From positions 62,001-126,000 of the forward strand of contig NW_025408521.1 in the NCBI RefSeq assembly GCF_018350175.1: a DNA stretch of 64,000 nucleotides, written 5' to 3'. Shown here one piece after another: positions 1-11,700 of this stretch. Origin of the DNA: Felis catus (taxonomy: Eukaryota). Within the stretch, counting starts at the first letter, position 1, and each line of letters begins with the position of its first letter. The notes under the pieces are model-generated. The model was not told the DNA's origin and ran no database searches. It saw only the letters and a program-made list of their open reading frames with translations. The translations under genes were made by a program, and so were the position numbers.

Positions 1-1830
1 GGCTGCTCGCCCCGGGCCTCCACGCCCGGGGCTGCTCGCTATGGCTCACTATGCCTGAAGCCGTTCCTGTACCTGAAAGATGGGCTCACACCAATACAGA
101 TACCCGCCAGGCTCTGGGTTCCCTGCTCAGAAATCCTCGGGGAAGTTCGGAGGGATAGGTTGCACAAAATGGGTTGTGCTCCTGCTCGCCCGGCGCCTCC
201 ACGCCCGGGGCTGTATCTTACCATGGCTCATCAGGGCTGAAGCCTCTCCCTGTACCCCACAGAAATGGGTCAGTGTTTCCCACACAGCCTCCAGACCAGG
301 GGGTCTCAGCTAAGAAACTTACGGGGAAGGATGGAGAAGTGGGAGACACAGAATGCCATGCAGCCCCCTCCAGAGGCTATGCAGCAAGCACAAAATCCCA
401 AGGAGGCATATGCCTGAATCCTGAAAAGCCAACAAACCCTTCCTCTCAGCTCCGAAACTCCCGGGTTAGGACCGAGGGATACGAGACCCAGAATCCCAAA
501 CACCTGCTACGAGCCCCGGCCTCCAGGCCCTGAGTCATTCCCATGGCTCACCATGGCTGGAGCCATTCCCTGTACCTGAGATAAAGGGGTCACAGAACCA
601 GAAACAGTCTCCAGACACTGGGTTCTCAGCTCAGAAACTCCCCAGAAAGGTGGGAGGGATTGGGGACCCAAAATGGGAAGTGCCCCGCTCGCCCCGGGCC
701 TCCAGGCCCGGGGCTGCTCGCCCCGGGCCTCCAGGCCCGGGGCTGCTCGCCCCGGGCCTCCAGGCCCGGGGCTGCTCGCCCCGGGCCTCCAGGCCCGGGG
801 CTGCTGGCCCCGGGCCTCCAGGCCCGGGGCTGCTCGCCCCGGGCCTCCAGGCCCGGGGCTGCTCGCCCCGGGCCTCCACGCCCGGGGCTGCTCGCCCCGG
901 GCCTCCACGCCCGGGGCTGCTCGCCCCGGGCCTCCACGCCCGGGGCTGCTCGCCCCGGGCCTCCACGCCCGGGGCTGCTCGCCCCGGGCCTCCACGCCCG
1001 GGGCTGCTCGCCCCGGGCCTCCACGCCCGGGGCTGCTCGCCCCGGGCCTCCACGCCCGGGGCTGCTCGCCCCGGGCCTCCACGCCCGGGGCTGCTCGCTA
1101 TGGCTCACTGTGCCTGAAGCCGTTCCTGTACCTGAAAGATGGGCTCACACAAACACAAACACCCGCCAGGCTCTGGGTTCCTTGCTCAGAATCTCCCGGG
1201 GAAGTTCGGAGGGATAGGATGCACAGAATGGATAGTGCTCCACTCGCCCCAGGCCTCCACGCCCGGGGCTGTATCTTACCATGGCTCATCAGGGCTGAAG
1301 CCTCTCCCAGTACCCGACAGAAACGGGTCAGTGTTTCCCACACAGCCTCCAGACCAGGGGGTCTCAACTAAGAAACTCACGGGGAAGGATGGAGAAGTGG
1401 GAGACCCAGAATCCAATGCAGCCCTCCAGGGGCTATGCAACAAGCCCAAAAACCCAAGGAGGCATATGCCTGAATCCTGAAAAGCCAACAAACCCTTCCT
1501 CTCAGCTCCGAAACTCCCGGGTTAGGACCGAGGGATGCGAGACCCAGAATCCCAAACACCTGCTACGAGCCCCGGCCTCCAGGCCCTGAGTCATTACCAT
1601 GGCTCACCATGGCTGGAGCCTTTCCCTGTACCTGAGATAAAGGGGTCACAGAACCAGAAACAGGCTCCAGACACAGGGGTCTCAGCTCAGAAACTCCCCA
1701 GAAAGGTCCGAGGGTTTGGGGACACAAAATAGGAAGTGCCCCGCTCGCCCCGGGCCTCCAGGCCCGGGGCTGCTCGCCCCGGGCCTCCAGGCCCGGGGCT
1801 GCTCGCCCCGGGCCTCCAGGCCCGGGGCTG
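1..1830 (+). repeat. Composite GC-rich satellite, homogeneous type: two ~651-bp cassettes flanking a 14-copy 29-bp minisatellite array (692-1097)
   Basis: Tandem CCCCGGGCCTCCA(G/C)GCCCGGGGCTGCTCG; 692-1097 = 406 bp = 14x29. Cassettes match those at 34672-64000. Confidence 0.95.
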
Positions 1831-4800
1831 CTCTCCCCGGGCCTCCTCGCCCGGGGCTGCTCGCCCGGGGCCTCCACGCCCGGGGCGGCTAGCCGCGGGC
1901 CTCCTCGCCCGGGGCTGCTCCCCTGGGGCCTCCAGGAACGGGGTGGCTCACCCGGGGCCTCCATGCCCGGGGCTGCTCGCCCGGGGCCTCCTCACCTGGG
2001 GCTGCTCTCCCGGGGCCTCCAGGTCCGGGGCAGCTCGACCGGGGCCTCCTCGCCAGGGTCCTCGTCGCCCGGGGCCTGCTCACCCGGGGCCTACTCGCCC
2101 GGAGCTGCTCGCCCAGGGCCTCCAGACCCGGGGCTGCTCGCCCGGGGCCACCAGGCCCGGGGCTGCTCGCCCGGGGCCTCCTGGCCCGGGGCTGCTCGCC
2201 CGGGGCTGCTCGCCAGAGGCCTCCATATGCACGGCTGCTAGCCCGGGGCCTCCAGACCCGGGGAAAGTCGCCCTGGGCCTCCAGGCCCAGGGCTGCTCTC
2301 CCGGAGCCTCCTCGCCCGGGGCAACTCGCCCAGGGACTCCAGGCCCAGGGCTACTCGCCCGGAGCCTCCTCACCCGGGGCTGCTCGCCCCTGGCCTCCTC
2401 GCACGGGGCTGTCCCTTACCATGGCTCATCATGCCTGAAGCCACTCCCTCTACCTGAGAGAAACGGGTCAGAGTATCCCACACAGCCTCCAGACCATGGG
2501 GTCTCAGCTGTGAAATGTACTGGGAAGGTTGCAGAAGTGGGAGACACAGAATTCCAAGCAGCCCCTCCAGGGTCTATGCAGCGAGCACAAAATCCCAAGG
2601 AATTATATGGCTGAATCCTAAAAAGCCAACAAACCCTTCCTCTCAGCTCAGAAACTCCCGGGTTAGGACCGAGGGATACGAGACCCAGAATCACAAACAC
2701 CTGCTACGACCCCCGGCCTCTAGGTTCTGAGTCATTACCATGGCTCGCCATGGCTGAAGCCCCTCCCTGTACCTAGAGAAAGGGGTCACAGGACCCGAAA
2801 CAGCCTCCAGACACTAGGGTCTCAGCTGAGAAACACCCTGGAAATGTCCGATGGTTTGGAGACACAGAATGGGAAGTGCCCCACTCGCCCGGGGCCTCCT
2901 AGCCTGGGGCTGCTCAACCGGGGATGCTCGCCAGGGGACTCCATGCCCGGGGCTGCTAGCCCCAGGCCTCCTCGCCCGGGGCTGCTTGCCTGTGACCTCC
3001 AGGCGCGGGGTTGCTCGCCCAGGGCCTCCACGCCCGGGGCTGCTAGCCCTGGGCCTCCTCGCCTGGGGCTGCTCGCCTGGGGCCTCCAGTACTGGGGTTG
3101 CTCACCCGGGGCCTCCATGCCCCGGGCTGCTCGCCCGAGGCTTCCTCGCCTAGGGCTGCTCGCCCGGGGTCTCCTCGCCCGGGGCTGCTCACCAGAGGCC
3201 TCCAGATGCGGGGCTGCTAGCCCGGGGCCTCCTCGCCCGGGGCTGCTCGCCCCTGGCCTCCTCACACGGGGCTGTCTCTTACCTTGGCTCATCATGCCTG
3301 AAGCCTCTTCCTCTACCTGAGAGAAATGGGTCAGAGTATCCCACATAGCCTCCAGACCATGGGGTCTCAGCTGTGAAATGTACAGGGAAGGTTGCAGAAG
3401 TGGGAGACACAGAATTCCAAGCAGCCCCTCCAGGGGCTATGCAGCGAGCACAAAATCCCAAGGAATTATATGCCTGAATTTAAAAAAGCCAACAAACCCT
3501 TCCTCTCAGCTCAGAAACTCCTGGGTTAGGACCGAGGGATGCGAGACCCAGAATCCCAAACACCTGCTACGACCCATGGCCTGAGGCCCTGAGTCATTAC
3601 GATGGCTCACCTTGGCTGAAGCCGCTCCCTTTACGTGAGAGAAAGGGGTCACAGAACCTGAAACAGCCTCCAGACACTAGGGTCTCAGCTGAGAAACTCC
3701 CCGGAAAGGTCCGATGGAATCGAGACACAGAATAGGAAGTCGGCACTCGCCCCGGACCTCCCGGCCTGGGGCTGCTCGCCCGGGGCCTCCTCGCACCGGG
3801 CCTGCTCGCCCCGGGCCTCCTGGCCTGGGGCTGTCTCTTATCATGGCTCATCATGCCTGAAGCCTCTCCCTCTACCTGAGAGAAACGGGTCAGAGTATCC
3901 CACACAGCCTCCAGACCATGGGGTCTCAGCTGTGAAATGTACAGGGAAGGTTGCAGAAGTGGGAGACACAGAATTCCAAGCAGCCCCTCCAGGGGCTATG
4001 CAGCGAGCACAAAATCCCAAGGAATTATATGGCTGAATCCTAAAAAGCCAACAAACCCTTCCTCTCAGCTCAGAAACTCCAGGGTTAGGACCGAGGGATA
4101 CGAGACCCAGAATCACAAACACCTGCTACGACCCCCGGCCTCTACGTTCTGAGTCATTACCATGGCTCACCATGGTTGAAGCCCCTCCCTGTACCTAGAA
4201 AAAGGGGTCAGAGAACCCGAAACAGCCTCCAGACACTAGGGTCTCAGCAGAGAAACACCCTGGAAATGTCCGATGGTTTGGAGACACAGAATGGGAAGTG
4301 CCCCACTCGCCCGGGGCCTCCTCGCCCGGGGCTGCTCACCCGGGGATGCTCACCAGGGGCCTCCACGCCCGGGGCTGCTAGCCCCAGGCCTCCACGCCCG
4401 GGGCTGCTAGCCCCAGGCCTCCACGCCCGGGGCTGCTAGCCCCAGGCCTCCACGCCCGGGGCTGCTCGCCCCAGGCCTCCAGGACTGGGGTTGCTCGCCC
4501 GGGGCCTGAATGCCCGGGGCTGCTCGCCCGAGGCCTCCTCGCCTAGGGCTGCTCGCCCGGGGTCTCCTGCCCGGGGCTGCTCACCAGAGGCCTCCAGATG
4601 CGGGGCTGCTCGCCCCGGGCCTCCTCCACGGGGCTGTCTCTTACCTTGGCTCATCATGCCTGAAGCCTCTTCCTCTACCTGAGAGAAATGGGTCAGAGTA
4701 TCCCACACAGCCTCCAGACCATGGGGTCTCAGCTGTGAAACATACGGGGAAGTTTGCAGAATTCGGAGACACAGAACTCAAAGCAGCCCCTCCAGGGGCT

Positions 4801-7800
4801 ATGCAGCGAGCACAAAATCCCACGGAATTATATGGCTGAATCCTAAAAAGCCAACAAACCCTTCTTCTCAGCTCAGAAACTCTCGGGTTAGGACCGAGGG
4901 ATAGGAGACCCAGAATCACAAACACCTGCTACAACCCCCGGACTCTAGGTTCTGAGTCATTACCATGGCTCACCATGGTTGAAGCCCCTCCCTGTACCTA
5001 GAGAAAGGGGTCACAGAACCCGAAACAGCCTCCAGACACTAGGGTCTCAGCTGAGAAACGCCCTGGAAATGTCCGATGGTTTGGAGACCCAGAATGGGAA
5101 GTACCCCACTCGCCGTGGGCCTCCTCGCCTGGTGCTGCTCACCCGGGGCTTCTCGCCAGGGGCCTCCTCGACCGGGGCTGCTCGCCTGGAGCCTCCACGC
5201 CCGGGGCTGCTAGCCCCGGGCCTCCTCAACCAGGGCTGCTCGCCTGGGGCCTCCACGCCCGGGGCGGCTAGCCGCGGGCCTCCTCGCCCGGGGCTGCTCG
5301 CCTGGGGCCTCCAGGAACAGGGTGGCTCACCCGGGGCCTCCATGCCCGGGGCTGCTCGCCCGAGGCCTCCTCACCTGGGGCTGCTCTCCCGGGGCCTCCA
5401 GGTCCGGGGCAGCTTGACCGGGGCCTCCTCGCCAGGGTCCTGGTCGCCCGGGGCCTGCTCACCCAGGGCCTCCTCGCCCAGGGCTGCTCGCCCAGGGCCT
5501 CCAGACCCGGGGCTGCTCACCCGGGTCCACCAGGCCCGGGGCTGCTCGCCCGGGGCCTCCTGGCCCGGGGCTGCTCGCCCGGGAACTCCTCGACCAGGGC
5601 TGCTCGCCCGGGGCTGCCTGGCCCGGGGCTGCTCGCCCGGGGACTCCTCGCCCGGGGCCGCTCGCCTGGGGCCCCCTGGCCCGTGCTGCTCGCTCGGAGC
5701 CTCCTCACCCGGGGCTGCTCGTCCGGAGCCTCCTGGCCCAGGGCTGCTCGCCCGGGGAATCCTCGCCGGAGGCTGCTCGCCAGAGGCTTCCATATGCAGG
5801 GCTGCCAGCCCGGGGCCTCCAGGCCCGGGGCTAGTCGCCCTGGGCCTCCAGGCCCAGGGCTGCTCGCCCGGAGCCTCCTCGCCCGGGGCAACTCGCCCCG
5901 GGACTCCAGGCCCAGGGCTACTCGCCCGGTGCCTCCTCACCCGGGGCTGCTCGCCCCTGGCCTCCTCGCACGGGGCTGTCCCTTACCATGGCTCATCATG
6001 CCTGAAGCCACTCCCTCTACCTGAGAGAAATGGGTCAGAGTATCCCACACAGCCTCCAGACCATGGGGTCTCAGCTGTGAAACATACGGGGAAGGTTGCA
6101 GAAGTGGGAGACACAGAACTCAAGCAGCCCCTCCAGGGGCTATGCAGCGAGCACAAAATCCCACGGAATTATATGGCTGAATCCTAAAAAGCCAACAAAC
6201 CCTTCCTCTCAGCTCAGAAACTCCCGGGTTAGGACCGAGGGATAGGAGACCCAGAATCACAAACACCTGCTACAACCCCCGGACTCTAGGTTCTGAGTCA
6301 TTACCATGGCTTACCATGGTTGAAGCCCCTCCCTGTACCTAGAGAAAGGGGTCACAGAACCCGAAACAGCCTCCAGACACTAGGGTCTGAGCTGAGAAAC
6401 TCCCTGGAAATGTCAGATGGTTTGGAGACACAGAATGGGAAGTGCCCCGCTCGCCGGGGGCCTCCTCGCCTGGGGCAGCTCACCCGGGACTTCTTCCAGG
6501 GGCCTGCAAGCCCGGGGCTGCTAGCCCCAGGCCTCCTCGCCCGGGGCTGCTTGCCTGTGACCTCCAGGCGCGGGGTTGCTCGCCCAGGGCCTCCACGCCC
6601 GGGGCTGCTAGCCCTGGGCCTCCTCGCCTGGGGCTGCTCGCCTGGGGCTTCCAGTACTGGGGTTGCTCACCCGGGGCCTCCATGCCCGGGCCTGCTCGCC
6701 CGAGGCCTCCTCGCCTAGGGCTGCTCGCCCGGGGTCTCCTCGCCCGGGGCTGCTCACCAGAGGCCTCCAGATGCGGGGCTGCTAGCCCGGGGCCTCCTCG
6801 CCCGGGGCTGCTCGCCTCGGGCCTCCTCACACGGGGCTGTCTCTTACCTTGGCTCATCATGCCTGAAGCCTCTTCCTCTACCTGAGAGAAATGGGTCAGA
6901 GTATCCCACACAGCCTCCAGACCATGGGGTCTCAGCTGTGAAATGTACAGGGAAGGTTGCAGAAGTGGGAGACACAGAATTCCAAGCAGCCCCTCCATGG
7001 GCTATGCAGCGAACACAAAATCCCAAGGAATTATATGCCTGAATTTTAAAAAGCCAACAAACCCTTCCTCTCAGCTGAGAAACTCCCGGGTTAGGACCGA
7101 GGGATACGAGACCCAGAATCACAAACACCTGCTATGACCCCCGGCCTCTAGGTTCTGAGTCATTACCATGGCTCACCATGGTTGAAGCCCCTCCCTGTAC
7201 CTAGAGAAAGGGGTCTAAGAACCCGAAACAGCCTCCAGACACTAGGGTCTCAGCAGAGAAACACCCTGGAAATGTCCGATGGTTTGGAGACCCAGAATGG
7301 GAAGTGCCCCACTCGCCCGGGGCCTCCTCGCCCGGGGCTGCTCACCCGGGGATGCTCGACAGGGGCCTCCAAGCCCGGGGCTGCTCGCCTGGGGCCTCCA
7401 GGACCGGGGTTGTTCGCCTGGGGCCTCCAGGACAGTGGCTGCTCGCCCGAGGCCTCCTCGCCTGGGGCTGCTCGCCCGGGGACTCCTCACCCGTGGCCTC
7501 TCGCCCGGGGCCTCCAGGCCTGGGGCTGCTCGCCCGGGGCCTCCTGCCCTGAGGCTGCTCGCCCGGGGCCTCAGCGCCCGGGGTTGCTCGCCAGGAGCCT
7601 CCAGGCCCGAGGCTGTTAGCCCGGGGCTTCCTCGCCCGAGGCTGCTCGATCGGGGCCTCCTCAACCGGGGCTGCTCGCCCGGGTGCTCCTCGCCCGGGGT
7701 TCCAGGCCCGTGACTGCTCAACCGGGGCCTCCTCCCCCGGGGCTGCTCGTCCGGTGCCTCCTCGCTCGGGGCTGCTCGCCAGGGGCCTCCTCTCCCGAGG

Positions 7801-8770
7801 CTGCTTGCCCGGGGGCCTCCATGCCCGGGGTTGCTCGACCGGGGCCTCCACGCCTGGGGCTGCTAGCCCCGGGCCTCGTCGCCTGGGGCTGCTCGCCTGG
7901 GGCCTCCATTCCCGGGGCTGCTCGCCCAGGGCCTCCTCGCCCGAGGCTGATCGCCTGGGGCCTCCAGGTCTGAGGCTGCTCGCCCGAGGACTCCAGGCCC
8001 GGTGCTGCTCGCCCGGGGCCTCCTGGCCCGAGACTGATCGCCCGGGGCCTCCAGGCCCGGGGCAGCTTGACCGGGGCCTCCTCGCCCGGGGCCTGCTCAC
8101 CCGGGGTCTCCTCGCACGGGCATTCTCGCCCGGGGCCTCCAGGCGCGGGGCTGCACGCCCGGGGTCTCTAGGCCCGGGGCAGCTCGCCCTGGGCTTCCAG
8201 GCCCAGTGTTGCTAGGTCGGCGCCTTTTCGTCCGAGGCTGATCGCCCGGGCCTACAGGCCTGGGGCAGCTCGACCGTGGCCTCCTCGCCTGGCGCCTTCT
8301 CGCCCGAGGCTGCTCGCCCGGGCCTCCATGCCCGGCGCTGCTCACCCGGGGCCTCCTCGCCCGAGACTGATCGCCCGGGGCCTACTCGCCCGGGGTTGCT
8401 CGCCCGGGGCCTCCAGGCGCGGGGCTGCACGCCCGGGGCCTCTAGGCCCGGGGCAGCTCGCCCTGGGCTTCCAGGCCCGGTGTTGCTAGGTCGCCGCCTT
8501 CTCGCCCGAGGCTGATCGCCCGGGCCTACAGGCCTGGGGCAGCTCGACCGGGGCCTCCTCGCCCGAGACTATTCGCCCGGGGCCTCCTCGCCCGGGGTTG
8601 CTCACCCGGGGCCTCCAGGCCTGGGGCAGCTCGAACGGGGCCTCCTCGCCCGGGGCATCCTCGCCTGGGGTTACTCGCCTGGGGCCTCCAGGCGCGGGGC
8701 TGCACACCGGGGCCTCCAATCCCGGGGCTGCTCGCCCGGCGCCTCCCCGTCCGGGACTCCTCTCCCGGGG
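1831..8770 (+). repeat. Diverged composite satellite: ~470-bp three-module cassettes separated by degenerate 14/15-bp GC subrepeats
   Basis: Cassettes start near 2418, 3281, 3841, 4643, 5985 and 6846 (ACC(A/T)TGGCTCATCATGCCTGAAGCC...GGAAGTGCCCC). Between them lie GGGGCTGCTCGCCC / GGGGCCTCCTCGCCC variants. Confidence 0.9.
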
Positions 8771-11700
8771 CTTCAGCCCTCAACTCAGCCCTTCGGGGAG
8801 ACCACTGCCCTGCTGTGGGTTCGGCGCCTGGAACCTCCTGGGACCTAACCCTAACCCTAACCCCACCCCGAACTGGGACCCTCCCCCGAAACCTAAGCCT
8901 GCCTCGATCCCTAATCCTGCATTTCAGCCGCCTTCTGGCATGGGCCCTCACTTCAGCCCTCGATGGAGATCACGAGAACGGAGTCGCTTCGGCCCTGGAG
9001 ACGTCCCTGGCCCGAACCCTAAGCCTAGCTAAGGCTCTGCCCTCATGGGGACCCAATTCCAACGTCAGACAGCATCACGCCCTTGGGTTCCAGAAGCGGT
9101 GCAGGCAGACTCGTCAAGGAAGTTGGAAGCTCACCATATCGTCTCCCAGGCCGGCTGCAGCTCCCCAGTGGATTCCGGAGGCATACTCGACCGTGGGAGG
9201 AACAATATGTGTGGCCGTGGCAGCCAAAGTGGGTTCCTGACCGGCACCGTCCCTTGTGCCCTCAACTAAGCCCTTCGGGGAGACCACTGCCCTGCTGTGG
9301 GTTCAGCGCCTGGAACCTCCTGGTACCTAACCCTAACCCTAACCCTACCCCGAAACGGGACCCTCCCCCGAAACCTAAGCCTGCCTCGATCCCTAATCCT
9401 GCATTTGAACCGCCTTCTGGCATGGGCCCTCACTTCAGCCCTCGAGGGAGATCACGAGACCGGAGTCGCTTCGGCCCTCGCGACGTCCTTGGACCGAACC
9501 CTAACCCTAGCTAAGGCTCTCCCCTCATGGGGACCCAATTCCAACGTCTGACAGCATCACGCGCCTGGGGTCCAGCAGCGGAGCAGGCTGACTCAGCAAG
9601 GAACCTGGAAGCTCACCATGTCGTTTCCCAGGCCCGGCTGCATCTCCCGAGAGGATTGCGGAGGCCTCCTCGACCGCGGGAGGAACAACATGTGTGGACG
9701 TGGCAGCCAAAGAGGGATCCTGACCGGCACCGTCCCTTGTGCCCTCAACTCAGCCCTTCGGGGAGACCACTGCCCTGATGTGGGTTCGGCGCCTGGAACC
9801 TCCTGGTACCTAACCCTAATCCTAACCCTACCCCGATCCGTGACCCTCCCCCGAATCCTCAGCCTGCCTCGATCCCTAATCCTGCATTTGAGCTGCCTTC
9901 TGGCATGGGCCCTCACTTCAGCCCTCGAGGGATATCACGAGACCAGAGTGGCTTCAGCCCTGGAGACGTCCCTGGCCCGAACCCGAACCCTAGCTAAGGC
10001 TCTCTCCTCATGGGGACCCAATTCCAACGTCTGACAGCATCACGCGCCTGGGGTCCAGAAGCGGTGCAGGTTGACTCAGCAAGGAAACTGGAATTTCACC
10101 ATGTCGTTTCCCAGGCTCGCCTGTAGCTCCCGAGAGGATTGCGGAGGCCTCCTCGACCGCGGGTGGAACAACATGTGTGGCCGTGGCAGCCAAAGAGGGA
10201 TCCTGACCGGCACCGTCCCTTGTGCCCTCAACTCAGCCCTTCGGGGAGACCACTGCCCTCCTGTGGTTTCGGCGCCTGGAACCTCCTGGGACCTAACCCT
10301 AACCCTAACCCTACCCCGAACCGGGACGCTCCCCCGAAATGTAAGCCTGCCTCGATCCCTAATCCTGAATTTGAGCCACTCTCTGGCATGGGCCCTCACT
10401 TCAGCCCTCGAGGGAGATCAGGAGACCGGCGCCTTTAGGCCCTGGAGACGTCCCTGGTCCAAACCCTAAGCCTAGCTAAGGCTCTGCCCTCATGGGGACC
10501 CAATTCCAACGTCAGACAGCATCACGCGCCTGGGGTCCAGAAGCGGTGCAGGCTGACTCGGCAAGGAAACTGGAAGCTCACCATATCGTTTCCCAGGCCG
10601 GCTGCAGCTCCCCAGTGGATTCCGGAGGCCACCTCGACCGCGGGAGGAACAATATTTGTGGCTGTGGCAGCCAAAGAGGGATCCTGACCGGCACCGTCCC
10701 TTGTGCCCTCAACTAAGCCCTTCGGGGAGACCACTGCCCTGCTGTGGGTTCAGCGCCTGGAACCTCCTGGTACCTAACCCTAACCCTAACCCTACCCCGA
10801 ACCGAGAACCTCCCCCGAATCCTCAGCCTGCCTCGATCTCTTATCCTGCATTTGAGCCGCCTTCTGGCATGGGCCCTCACTTCAGCCCTCGAGGGAGATC
10901 ACGAGACTGGACTCGCTTCGTCCCTGGCGACGTCCCTGGACCAAACCCTTACCCTAGCTAAGGCTCTCCCCTCATGGGGACCCAATTCCAACGTCTGACA
11001 GCATCACGCGCCTGGGGTCCAGAAGCGGTGCAGGCTGACTCTGCAAGGAACCTGGAAGCTCACCATGTCGTTTCCCGGGCCCGACTGCAGCTCCCGACAG
11101 GATTCCGGAGGCCTCCTCGACCGCGGGAAGAACAACATGTGTTGCCGTGGCAGCCAAAGAGGAATCCTGACCGGCACCGTCCCTTGTGCCCTCAACTAAG
11201 CCCTTCGGAGAGACCACTGCCCTGCTGTGGGTTCGGCGCCTGGAACCTCCTGGGACCTAACCCTAACCCTAACCCTACCCCGAACCGGGACCCTCCCCCG
11301 AAACCTAAGCCTGCCTCGATCCCTAATCCAGCATTTGAGCCGCCTTCTGGCATGGGCCCTCACTTCAGCCCTCGAGGGAGATCACGAGACCGGAGTCGCT
11401 TCGGCCCTGGAGACGTCCCTGGCCCGAACCCTAACCCTAGCTAAGGCTCTCCCCTCATGGGGACCCAATTCCATCGTCTGACAGCATCACGCGCCTGGGG
11501 TCCAGAAGCGGTGCAGGCTGACTCAGCAAGGAACCTGGAAGCTGACCATGTCGTTTCCCAGGCCCGGCTGCAGCTCCCGAGAGGATTGCGGAGGCCTCGT
11601 GAACCGCGGAAGGAACCACATGTGTGGCCGTGGCAGCCAAAGAGGGATCCTGACCGGCACCGTCCCTTGTGCCCTCAACTCAGACCTTCGGGGAGACCAC

